Shown one piece after another: positions 1 through 8,611 of a stretch of 64,000 nt of DNA. Source of the stretch: Chloroflexi bacterium GWB2_54_36 (GTDB taxonomy: Bacteria; Chloroflexota; Anaerolineae; Anaerolineales; Anaerolineaceae). The first letter of the stretch is position 1. Each line of letters begins with the position of its first letter. Below the pieces are notes generated by a model. That model was not told the DNA's origin. It saw nothing but the letters and a program-made list of their open reading frames with translations, and searched no databases. The DNA lies in NCBI GenBank assembly GCA_001796355.1, contig MGMG01000081.1, forward strand, positions 196 through 64,195, in the 5' to 3' direction. The translations under genes and the position numbers were made by a program.

Positions 1-1
1 C

Positions 2-469
2 CATCGGGACGCAGTAAAACTCATCGGCGTCCGGGTTGGTTTCGGGTGTGCAAAATTCTGGACGGTCATCCGATATGGCTACGCGAAATTTCAATGTTTT
101 TGCCAGCGTCGCAACTGCTTTTCCAACATGCCCGCCCCCAATCACCACGATCAATGGGCTCGGAATTATCGGTTCCACAAACACCTCCATCGTTCCACCG
201 CATACCCCGGCGTCGCCAGATTTTGGATCTACCATGCGGTATTTCAACAACCGGGTTTTCCCATCCACTAATGATTCAGCGGCTTCCTTCTTGATTCGGT
301 TCTCGACTTCTCCGCCACCAACCGTGCCGATAAAGCTGCCATCCTCATAGACCAGCATCTTGCTGCCTTCGTGGCGCGGCGTGGATCCCTGGGTGTCGAT
401 TATGGTACACAACGCGCCTGCCCGATGGTCGGTTTCCAACTCAAGAATCGCTTGATAAATATTCACCAT
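2..469 (-). CDS. xdhC: XdhC/CoxI-family molybdoenzyme maturation factor; partial, runs off the left edge
   Basis: Not in the ORF track. Manual translation from ATG at 469 gives MVNIYQAILELETDHRAGALCTIIDTQGSTPRHEGSKMLVYEDGSFIGTVGGGEVE...GVCGGTMEVFVEP...LIVVIGGGHVGKAVATLAKTLKFRVAISDDRPEF, with the XdhC motifs GSTPR, GTVGGG, CGG and GxGHV. Confidence 0.93.
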   Translation of the reverse strand, partial: MVNIYQAILELETDHRAGALCTIIDTQGSTPRHEGSKMLVYEDGSFIGTVGGGEVENRIKKEAAESLVDGKTRLLKYRMVDPKSGDAGVCGGTMEVFVEPIIPSPLIVVIGGGHVGKAVATLAKTLKFRVAISDDRPEFCTPETNPDADEFYCVPM

Positions 470-491
470 GCTGCGATACCTCTTTCCACAA

Positions 492-3400
492 TTAAGGGGT
501 GACTTTTTTCAATGCTCGCCAGATTCTTTCCGGCGTGGCGGGAATTTCAAGAACCGCAGCACCGCAGGCGTCCAAAATGGCGTTTCCCACGGCTGGCGCT
601 ACGCCATCCATGGGGATTTCAGCCACGGCCTTAACGCCGAATGGGTGCGAAGGTTCGTAGGTCTGCACAAAAATGGTCTCGAGCGCCGGCATTTCGTCCG
701 CCCGGAAGATATGGTAATCATCCAGGTCAGTCTCACGCGCCCGACCTTTTTCATCATACACCATTTCCTCGCACACCGCATAACCCAACGCCTGGGTCAT
801 CCCGCCCTCGATCTGACCGGAAGCGGTGATTGGATTAACGATGATGCCGGAATCAACTGCCATTACCAACCGGTCCACCACAACTTTGCCGGTCTCCACA
901 TCGACTGTGACTTCGGCAAACTGGGCGGCGAAGGGCGGCGGGGATACCGGCGAATAGTACGATCCGGTGCCCATAATTTGTTCCTGGTCGTCGTGGTGCA
1001 GCGCATTCAAAGCGATCTCTTGCATGGTTACTGCGCGGCCATCACGCGTACTAGCGTGTTTGTTACCCAGCACAATGTCGTCTTCCGTTACTTCTAGCCC
1101 TTTAGCCTGCTTATTAATCATCCTGGCTGCGCGGATTTTGATGCGTTCTGCTGCCATTTCAGCTGCTAGAGCCACCGCAGCGCCGGAGATATACGTAGTA
1201 CTGGAGGCATATGCCCCCTTATCGAAGGGGGTGAAGTCGGTATCCGAGGAATACACCAGAATGTCATCCACCGGAACGCCAAGCACCTCGGCTGCCATTT
1301 GCGCCAGAACCGTATCCGAACCGGTGCCAAGGTCGGTAGCGCCGACCAACAGGTTGAACGACCCATCATCATTCATTTTTATGCTAGCGCCGCCCATATC
1401 CAGATATGGGATAGCTGTCCCTTGCATGACGGTTGCCACACCGATTCCACGGCGCAAGTGCGGCTTGCCAGGTACAGCATGCCATTCAACGTTAGGATAT
1501 TTTTGATCCCAGCCAATGGCGGCTTTGGCTTGCCGGACGCACTCTTCCAGCCCGACGGTATGCACAATTTCCGGACGCGGTTCGCGGCCCTCACTCCAGG
1601 CAGTGCTAAAAGGATGCAGCTCGCCCGAACGCAGCGTATTTTTCAACCGGAAATCGATCGAATCCAAGCCAAGATCGCGCACAATGTGCTCGACCTGTCG
1701 TTCGAGCGGCCAAAATCCCTGCGGAACCCCGTAACCGCGGAACGCGCCGGCTGGCGGTGTATTGGTATACACCACATCGGCATAGAAGCGGATATTGGGT
1801 GACAGGCGGTATGGTCCATCACCAACATACAGCGCCATGGCTTTATGACCGGTATTGCCGGTCACCGTCAGGGCATGGCAGCCATAGGCGCCGGTGTCAG
1901 AGAGTGCATACATGGCATTGGCCGTTATCGTGCCGTCCAGCTTCACGCCGGTTTTCATGCGAACGCGCATTGGGTGGCGCGACCGGGCAGCGATAAATTC
2001 TTCCTCGCGAGTTGTCTCATAGATGACCGGGCGACCGGTGGCGATCGTCAGGTGGGCTGCCACATCCTCAATCAAAACTTCCTGTTTGCCGCCAAAACCA
2101 CCGCCAATGCGCGGTTTAATCACGCGGATGCGTTTAACCGGCAAGCCCAATACCGGGGCAAGAATGCGACGGGCATGGAAAGGTACCTGGGTGCTGGTGC
2201 GAATGACCAACCGGTCATCCTCGTCCCAGTAGGTAACCACCACATGCGGTTCGATGTGCGCCTGCTGCACCTTGGGTACCGTGTATTCTTCCTCGTAAAT
2301 CCGGTCAGCCTCGGCAAATCCCTTTTCGATATCGCCGATATCGATGCGAATTTCAGCTGCAACGTTTTTGCCCGGATTGGAGTCAGCAAAATTGACAAAC
2401 TCCGGCTCATCATGGATGCGGATGGCTCCGGGCTGCATGGACTCCCGTGAATCCAGAATCGCGGGCAGCTCTTCATATTCGACTTTGATCAATCGCAGCG
2501 CCTGTTCCGCAATTTTGGCAGTCTCGGCCGCGACAAAGGCTACCCGGTCACCCACAAAACGCACTTTCCGGTCCAGTGAAAAGGCGTCCAGCGGCCCGGG
2601 AATAGGGTCAGATTGGCCGGCGGTCGAATAGATAACCCGCGGAATATCTTTGTAGCTCAAAACCGCCGCGACGCCTGACAGTGCGCGGGCATCGCTCAGG
2701 TCAATGGACTTGATCCAGGCGTGGGCTAACGGCGAATGCAGCACTTTCGCCACCAACATACCGCGCTTCTCGATATCCGCGGAGAAGGCAGGCTTGCCCT
2801 GCACCAATTTGACCGCATCCACTTTCACCTCGGGGCGGCCTATATGGGTGCGGGGTTTCTCCCTGGCATCCTGCGAAGTCCATATCTTTGGCATCACTTG
2901 GGTCTGGCTGGTGGTTTCAGCCAGGCCAGCGCTGCTTTCCGGTTGGTCGCCGGGGAGCGGCATGCTGACCGGCCAACCTTGTGTCTCGGTTTCGGGGGTA
3001 CCCATGATGGGCGGAATCATTTCACCGCGCATGACGGCAGCAGCGCGCAAAATGGCCTGGACTGGCTTTAAATAGCCTGTGCAACGGCAAAGAATGCCGG
3101 AAATGGCGGCTCGGACTTCGGCTTCAGTAGGATTCGGGTTTTTCTCGATCAGTGCGCGGGCTGCCAGTGCGAAAGCCGGCGTGCAGTAGCCGCATTGAAT
3201 GGCGCCACTCTCCACCAATGCCTGCTGGATCGGATGCAGTCCGGCTGTTTTTTTCCACCCCTGCTCAGGGTGCTCGCCCATGGCTTCAATCGTCTCCACC
3301 TGGTGACCGGTAACCTGAGCAGCCAGCAAGGTACACGAGTTGATGGGCTTCTTATCCAACAAAACTGTGCAGGCGCCGCATTCACCCTTGGCGCATCCGC

Positions 3401-3524
3401 CGGATTTGACGCCAAACATCCCTTGCCGGCGTAAAACGGAGAGCAGCGACTCGGATGGATCAGCTTCCCATTCGACCAGATCGCCGTTCAGCGTGAAGTA
3501 AATCATCATAGTTGCTTCTTTCAT
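492..3524 (-). CDS. Xanthine dehydrogenase-family molybdoenzyme with fused 2x[2Fe-2S] and Mo-cofactor domains (XdhD/YgfN-like)
   Basis: N-terminal Fe-S motifs GCAKGECGACTV, QCGYCTP and LCRCTGY. Mo-domain motifs STQVP, GGGFGGKQ, AFRGYG, GQIEGG and the catalytic-Glu region KAVAEIP. The start could also be the ATGATG at 3509/3506. Confidence 0.95.
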   Translation of the reverse strand: MKEATMMIYFTLNGDLVEWEADPSESLLSVLRRQGMFGVKSGGCAKGECGACTVLLDKKPINSCTLLAAQVTGHQVETIEAMGEHPEQGWKKTAGLHPIQQALVESGAIQCGYCTPAFALAARALIEKNPNPTEAEVRAAISGILCRCTGYLKPVQAILRAAAVMRGEMIPPIMGTPETETQGWPVSMPLPGDQPESSAGLAETTSQTQVMPKIWTSQDAREKPRTHIGRPEVKVDAVKLVQGKPAFSADIEKRGMLVAKVLHSPLAHAWIKSIDLSDARALSGVAAVLSYKDIPRVIYSTAGQSDPIPGPLDAFSLDRKVRFVGDRVAFVAAETAKIAEQALRLIKVEYEELPAILDSRESMQPGAIRIHDEPEFVNFADSNPGKNVAAEIRIDIGDIEKGFAEADRIYEEEYTVPKVQQAHIEPHVVVTYWDEDDRLVIRTSTQVPFHARRILAPVLGLPVKRIRVIKPRIGGGFGGKQEVLIEDVAAHLTIATGRPVIYETTREEEFIAARSRHPMRVRMKTGVKLDGTITANAMYALSDTGAYGCHALTVTGNTGHKAMALYVGDGPYRLSPNIRFYADVVYTNTPPAGAFRGYGVPQGFWPLERQVEHIVRDLGLDSIDFRLKNTLRSGELHPFSTAWSEGREPRPEIVHTVGLEECVRQAKAAIGWDQKYPNVEWHAVPGKPHLRRGIGVATVMQGTAIPYLDMGGASIKMNDDGSFNLLVGATDLGTGSDTVLAQMAAEVLGVPVDDILVYSSDTDFTPFDKGAYASSTTYISGAAVALAAEMAAERIKIRAARMINKQAKGLEVTEDDIVLGNKHASTRDGRAVTMQEIALNALHHDDQEQIMGTGSYYSPVSPPPFAAQFAEVTVDVETGKVVVDRLVMAVDSGIIVNPITASGQIEGGMTQALGYAVCEEMVYDEKGRARETDLDDYHIFRADEMPALETIFVQTYEPSHPFGVKAVAEIPMDGVAPAVGNAILDACGAAVLEIPATPERIWRALKKVTP

Positions 3525-3542
3525 TTTGGAAATAAATCTTGC

Positions 3543-4301
3543 CTAGACAGCCTGTTCCTGACCCATCAGGCGCAGCACCAACCGGGTTCCAGCCTCTTGC
3601 CGGTACTCGGCGCTGGCCCATGGATCGGCTGCCCGTGACAAAGCATCGCGTACTGCAGCTTCCGCTCCGCCTAGTTCAGGGGCATCCAGTGCCAGAATCG
3701 GCGCTGAACCGAATCCGCCCAGAGTAATCCGAGTGCGGCCAGACGGCCACTTTGCGACTGCTGTGCAGATGACAGGCAAATCATCCGGAGTGCGGCCAAT
3801 GGTATCAAATGCCAGACTGGCGTTGAGCGGAATCTGCACCCTGTTGATGAACAGAGCATTCACTGGCGGCTGGCGCAGCGCAAACCATTCACCCAGCGCT
3901 TGATCCTGATCTACCGGCAGCCAGTGAAGCAAAGCATCGAGCGCCAGCAGCGCAGCGCCGAAGGTCGATCGCCCTCCACTGGAGACCAATGTACCGGCGA
4001 CGGTCGCCTGCTGGCGTAAATTTTGATTTGCCTCCAACCGAATGGCTGATTTTAGGCCGGGTTGGAGATAGTCCAAATTGGCCAGTGACGCTAACGTGGT
4101 AGTTGCCCCAATTTGCAGGAATTGACCTTCCTGAGTCAGACTGTTTAGACCGAGCGATTGCAGATCGACAACAGAGATCGTTTGAGCAGACATTTGGCTC
4201 AAGGTCACTCCGCCGCCCAAGGGGCGGTATTCGCCGTCGGTGCGCGACAAAATTTCCAGCGCCTCTGCCAAATCTTTTGGCCGATAGTAGGCTTTAATCA
4301 T
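3543..4301 (-). CDS. FAD-binding subunit of a xanthine dehydrogenase-family enzyme (YgfM-like)
   Basis: YYRPKDLAEAL, PLGGGVTL, LQIGATTTL, NQNLRQQATVAGTL and C-terminal ASAEYR; lies next to the Mo subunit. Confidence 0.88.
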   Translation of the reverse strand: MIKAYYRPKDLAEALEILSRTDGEYRPLGGGVTLSQMSAQTISVVDLQSLGLNSLTQEGQFLQIGATTTLASLANLDYLQPGLKSAIRLEANQNLRQQATVAGTLVSSGGRSTFGAALLALDALLHWLPVDQDQALGEWFALRQPPVNALFINRVQIPLNASLAFDTIGRTPDDLPVICTAVAKWPSGRTRITLGGFGSAPILALDAPELGGAEAAVRDALSRAADPWASAEYRQEAGTRLVLRLMGQEQAV

Positions 4302-4777
4302 GCACCATCTCCATCAGGATACACTTTCCAATTTTCAGGGTCCAATTCCAGTTTTCCGGCCAGTTCGGTGGGCGCCTCCATCAGGAGTGCGCGCGCATTG
4401 GCCAAAACCTGCCCCTGCTCATTTTCTATTCTACTCGTTGCGTGAATAATTTCACCTTTATCTTCGGTCAATTCACCGATCACCTTTAGGGGTGTATTCA
4501 GCGGCACCGGTTTGCGGTAACGCACTTCCAGCGATGCAGTCACCACAATCCGCCGGGAACCATTGGCGCCCAGCACCGTGCGAGTGGCTGCCTCGTCGAG
4601 TACCGACGCCAGAATTCCTCCGTGAGCAATCCCGGGGAATCCCTGAAATTGCTCCGAAACCATCCAGTTGGCTTCGACACGCCCGGGAGCGGTATCGTAA
4701 AATTTTAGTTGTAATCCAAATTGATTATCGACCCCGCAAACGAAGCAATGCCGAGCGTTGGCTTGCTTCTGCCTCAT
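4298..4777 (-). CDS. PaaI-family hotdog-fold thioesterase
   Basis: [32 protein letters not shown] and [14 protein letters not shown]; 4-nt overlaps with both neighbours. Confidence 0.9.
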   Translation of the reverse strand: MRQKQANARHCFVCGVDNQFGLQLKFYDTAPGRVEANWMVSEQFQGFPGIAHGGILASVLDEAATRTVLGANGSRRIVVTASLEVRYRKPVPLNTPLKVIGELTEDKGEIIHATSRIENEQGQVLANARALLMEAPTELAGKLELDPENWKVYPDGDGA

Positions 4778-5772
4778 AGCTGCGCAAAAGTATCGATAAG
4801 CACCTTGATATCTCCACCGACCGGGTAGAGGATCGGGCAGGTGCAGCCATTTTTACGATATTCAGCCACTTTGGCGCGGGCTTCTTCGGGTGTACCAGAG
4901 GCAGTGATGCGGGTAATCAGGTCCTCTGGAACCAGATGTTTGGCTTTGTCGATCTGTTCCCTTGTAGCAGGCCAGCCCAAAATTGACTGAATTTGAGCAA
5001 CCACATCCATCGAAACTCCGGAGGCTTTTGCGATGTGCGGCTGCTGAGCCAGGTATTGGGTTAATAAGCCGCGGGTGGAGTCAATCGCTTTGTCATGGTC
5101 GAGATCCACCGAACACACGATCAACTGCGGGCGATCCATATCTTCAACCCGGCGGCCGGATTTTTTGGCGCCAGCATCCAGCAGTTCGAGCGCTTTACTG
5201 TTGTAGCTTGGCTCGACGCAATAATTCAATACCACGCCGTCAGCAATTTCGCCCGTCATTTCCATCATATTGTCGCCGGTAGCGCCAATCATGATCGGCA
5301 CATTGCGCGGTTCGCGCCGTCCATGGACTACATCCAACTCGATCCCAGATACATGGACGAACTCACCATCAAAGCTGACCCGTTCCATGTTCAGCAGGCG
5401 GCGCAGAACAGTTACCGTCTCGCGCATGGCGGTCAGCGGTTTTCTACGATCAATACCCACGTTTTTGGCTAGCGGATCCCACCAGGCGCCAATACCGCAA
5501 ATGATGCGGTCGGGAGCCAGATCGTCCAGGGTTAAAAAGGTCGAAGCCAGCAACCCGATATTACGCGTCCAGTTGTTGATGACGCCGGATCCGACTTTCA
5601 ACGTTTTCGTGACTGCAGCGTAAGCGGCCATAGGAACGATCGCATCACGGACCAGCCGGCTTTCGGCCTGCCAGACCGCTTCAAAACCGCGTTCCTCGGC
5701 ATAACGAACATAATCCAGTCCGTCGCGAAGATCGTGAGCATCCTGCAGATAAAGTGCTACTCTTTCACTCAT
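4774..5772 (-). CDS. LLM-class (luciferase-like) oxidoreductase, Mer-like, probably F420-dependent
   Basis: [25 protein letters not shown] (cf. Mer GPGVTNPYTR), GIGA, IMIGATG and [10 protein letters not shown]; clustered with cofC, cofE and npdG. Confidence 0.88.
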   Translation of the reverse strand: MSERVALYLQDAHDLRDGLDYVRYAEERGFEAVWQAESRLVRDAIVPMAAYAAVTKTLKVGSGVINNWTRNIGLLASTFLTLDDLAPDRIICGIGAWWDPLAKNVGIDRRKPLTAMRETVTVLRRLLNMERVSFDGEFVHVSGIELDVVHGRREPRNVPIMIGATGDNMMEMTGEIADGVVLNYCVEPSYNSKALELLDAGAKKSGRRVEDMDRPQLIVCSVDLDHDKAIDSTRGLLTQYLAQQPHIAKASGVSMDVVAQIQSILGWPATREQIDKAKHLVPEDLITRITASGTPEEARAKVAEYRKNGCTCPILYPVGGDIKVLIDTFAQL

Positions 5773-5831
5773 GGTACCTCCGGGTGTTGTGCGTTGTGGG
5801 TGGAATATTGGGTCGCAGTGGTAGAAAATGA

Positions 5832-6446
5832 CTAGGGATCTACCTGGAAAGCTTCAATTTGTCGAAGTAAAGCCAGGTCTTCTGGCTTATCGATATCAAG
5901 ACCCAAGGTAGTCAGATGACATAATTCGACCTGAATTCCCTTACTTTGAGCCTTCTTTAAATTCTTTTCATACGAGCCGGATCCGATGGTGCAATCGATG
6001 ATGTCCGGTGGATTCATATAGATGGCGTTGGTTCCGTCGTTATGCCGGTCGGGGGCGATAACTATAGCGGGTGTTCCTTTTACCAGCGACAGCATCTTCT
6101 CGATGTCCCGGCGGGAGACCAGCGGCAAATCGGCGGACAGGATTAACAAGCTCTCGGCATTGTACATCTTCGCCACAACCACTGCCCTCTTCAACGCGAT
6201 TTTCAGATCAGGCTGTCCGTCTTCCTGCAGCGTCCGTGCGCCATATTCCCGGGCCATTGCCAGGGCAGCCGAGTCGCTGCTGACAACCAGGATGTGGTCG
6301 ATTGCCGGGACTTCTTTCAAAGTCCTCAGGGTTTGACTCAACATGGTAAAGATCAGTAATGCTCTTTCATCTTCCGTTAATACGTCTGACAAACCAGATT
6401 TCGCTTTTCGCAGCGGTTTTACCGGTACAATCGCCCAAAGGCTCAT
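5832..6446 (-). CDS. cofC: 2-phospho-L-lactate/PEP guanylyltransferase (F420 biosynthesis)
   Basis: [37 protein letters not shown] and [11 protein letters not shown]. Confidence 0.92.
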   Translation of the reverse strand: MSLWAIVPVKPLRKAKSGLSDVLTEDERALLIFTMLSQTLRTLKEVPAIDHILVVSSDSAALAMAREYGARTLQEDGQPDLKIALKRAVVVAKMYNAESLLILSADLPLVSRRDIEKMLSLVKGTPAIVIAPDRHNDGTNAIYMNPPDIIDCTIGSGSYEKNLKKAQSKGIQVELCHLTTLGLDIDKPEDLALLRQIEAFQVDP

Positions 6447-6568
6447 TACGGTATCTACCCTCCAGGTTCAAACAGGATATTTATTTGTAAACAATGATCA
6501 GGTGTGGTCGGTCAGCAGATTTTTCCCTTTAATTATACCGTAAGGTTCAATCCGGCCGGTGATGGGGA

Positions 6569-7117
6569 TTATCCCTGGCTGCCGAGAAGTGGAAAACGAT
6601 ACAGGCCTCCATGGTCATCGCCGTGAAAATACCCGAGATAAATGTGATCCAGCTTGATTTCGATCCGCAGCGCTACGGTGCTGAGGTTGGCTACCAGACA
6701 GGCGATTGCTTCTTTCATCTCCGCTTTGCCGTACAGAATCGAGATGTGCGGTACCCATTCTTCCGGGGAAAAATAGCGGTTTACAGACCTGGCCAGAGGG
6801 GACAGCGCCTCCCAAAGGGTTGCGTTCAGGGCAGATAACGCCGGCGTACGGGTTACCGACAGATAAACGACCGGCTCAGCGCCGGTGAAGACGCCCACCC
6901 CATCGATGCGGGTAGTGACGGGAGCAAAGGTCCTGGCGATTGTGCGCATTCGCAGCTCAACTTCATCCAGGAAATAGGATTCGGCTCCCTGCCACGAGAG
7001 GTGCAATGGCCACTGGAGCGGGGCGGGGTCAGGTCCGCAACCTGCCAGAGCAACACCCCGAATTTGCTCCACTTCACGCGCTGATTCACTCGCCAGTTCA
7101 GTAATGATCGCGTACAA
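6569..7117 (-). CDS. 2H phosphoesterase (2'-5' RNA ligase superfamily)
   Basis: Two HxS motifs (PLHLSW, VPHISI) about 85 aa apart; TTG start preceded by GGAG. Confidence 0.78.
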   Translation of the reverse strand: MYAIITELASESAREVEQIRGVALAGCGPDPAPLQWPLHLSWQGAESYFLDEVELRMRTIARTFAPVTTRIDGVGVFTGAEPVVYLSVTRTPALSALNATLWEALSPLARSVNRYFSPEEWVPHISILYGKAEMKEAIACLVANLSTVALRIEIKLDHIYLGYFHGDDHGGLYRFPLLGSQG

Positions 7118-7128
7118 CGCAGGCTCCC

Positions 7129-7899
7129 TTAGCGGAACAGGTCCAATTCAAGCGGCCGGTGAAGCTCTTCAAACTTTCCCTCGCGCAAAGGGAATGGAAA
7201 GCCACGAACGTGCACCGCCGGAACGCGCTCATTCGCCTGTCCCATAACAAGAGACGCTGAACCAGCCAACTCGTCGGCCGCTGCTACTTGCGTCACCCGC
7301 AAGGTATACCCGAACATATCCTGGTGACCGCGTAAATCTACCAGGCCTGGCATTCCGGAGAAACCGATCGAGATGCCAACTGTGCCAATCCGCCAGGCGC
7401 GCCCATGCGAGTCGATGATCATGACCCCGATCTTGGCTCCTGTCTGCGTTTCAATCGAACTACGAATCCGGGCAGCCGATTCGTCAGCGTTTTTAGGCAG
7501 CAGCAAGACCCAATCATCCGGATTGCCGTAGCGTCCCTCGACGTTGGAATGGTCGATGCCCGCATTGGCGCACACAAACCCGGCCTTGTGCTCGACGATT
7601 ATGGTGCCCGGGCGGACGCGCAGCACGCTGCGGCTCTCCTGTAACATCAACTCTACCAGTCGGGGGTCTTTCTCGGCTGCAGCGCCCAGTTCGATTGCCC
7701 GCTGCGAGGGTTTAACATCATTCAGATTGACCAGGCGGTTTTCAGATTTGGACACGATCTTTTGCGCCAGCACCAGGATATCGCCATCCAATAGCTTCAG
7801 CCCGGCTGCTACCATTTTTTCGAGCAGGATGGCCGGCAGATCGTCACCTGGTTGGATGAGCGGGATTTCGGAAATTGGAGTAAAAATCAGGGGCTGCAT
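7129..7899 (-). CDS. cofE: Coenzyme F420-0:L-glutamate ligase (single domain)
   Basis: DGDILVLAQKIVSKSE, VCANAGIDHSN, IIDSHGRAWRIG and ADELAGSASLVMGQANE. Confidence 0.95.
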   Translation of the reverse strand: MQPLIFTPISEIPLIQPGDDLPAILLEKMVAAGLKLLDGDILVLAQKIVSKSENRLVNLNDVKPSQRAIELGAAAEKDPRLVELMLQESRSVLRVRPGTIIVEHKAGFVCANAGIDHSNVEGRYGNPDDWVLLLPKNADESAARIRSSIETQTGAKIGVMIIDSHGRAWRIGTVGISIGFSGMPGLVDLRGHQDMFGYTLRVTQVAAADELAGSASLVMGQANERVPAVHVRGFPFPLREGKFEELHRPLELDLFR

Positions 7900-7915
7900 A
7901 ACTTATGAAAGCGGA

Positions 7916-8593
7916 CTATGAACGCGGTAAACCGGTGATGCGAATGCCGGCGTCCTGGACGCCGAATTGTTTATTCAAACCGATCAGGACCGAGGTTAAC
8001 CCCTCCACCACGACAGAATTTTCAATCACGCCGCCGCTCCAACCAACCAGACCAGCGTCTTTAACCAGGCCGATAACTTTCTCTCGCGCCTCTTTCGGGC
8101 CGCAAACCAAAACATCACAGGCCACTTCATCGTCATGGATCAAGTGTTCATAGGAAATATTCTGGAACGCGGATACAACTTGCACATCATCACCTAATAT
8201 CGCTTGCGCTTGTTGTGCTGCACTGCCTTCCGGTGGCATCTGAACCTTGGCCACTTTGGGGGGAACCAGAGGTACGGTAACATCTATAAAGATTTTACCC
8301 CGTACATAGGGTTTTAAGAGCTCACACATATCTACATGCACGCCAAAGGGAACCGTCAAAACGACGATATCGGCGCGGATTGCGGCCTTTTCATTTTCCA
8401 GGCCAGATACCACATCCTGTTTAGCAAGCATTAAGTTCACATCACTGGCCGCTGCCTGAGCCTTTTCGGCCTGGCGCGAACCGATGATGATCGTATGTCC
8501 GGCTTTTGCCCAGCGGTATGCCAGCCCTTTACCTTCTTTTCCAGTACCGCCAATAATTCCAATCGTGTATCTTTCTGCGCCAGTGTCAGTCAT
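7916..8593 (-). CDS. npdG: NADPH-dependent F420 reductase (Fno/NpdG)
   Basis: Rossmann IGIIGGTGKEGKGLA, NADP-type GSR, VVSAFQNIS and VEGLTSVLIGLN. Confidence 0.92.
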   Translation of the reverse strand: MTDTGAERYTIGIIGGTGKEGKGLAYRWAKAGHTIIIGSRQAEKAQAAASDVNLMLAKQDVVSGLENEKAAIRADIVVLTVPFGVHVDMCELLKPYVRGKIFIDVTVPLVPPKVAKVQMPPEGSAAQQAQAILGDDVQVVSAFQNISYEHLIHDDEVACDVLVCGPKEAREKVIGLVKDAGLVGWSGGVIENSVVVEGLTSVLIGLNKQFGVQDAGIRITGLPRS

Positions 8594-8611
8594 TATGGGT
8601 TCTCCCTGAGG

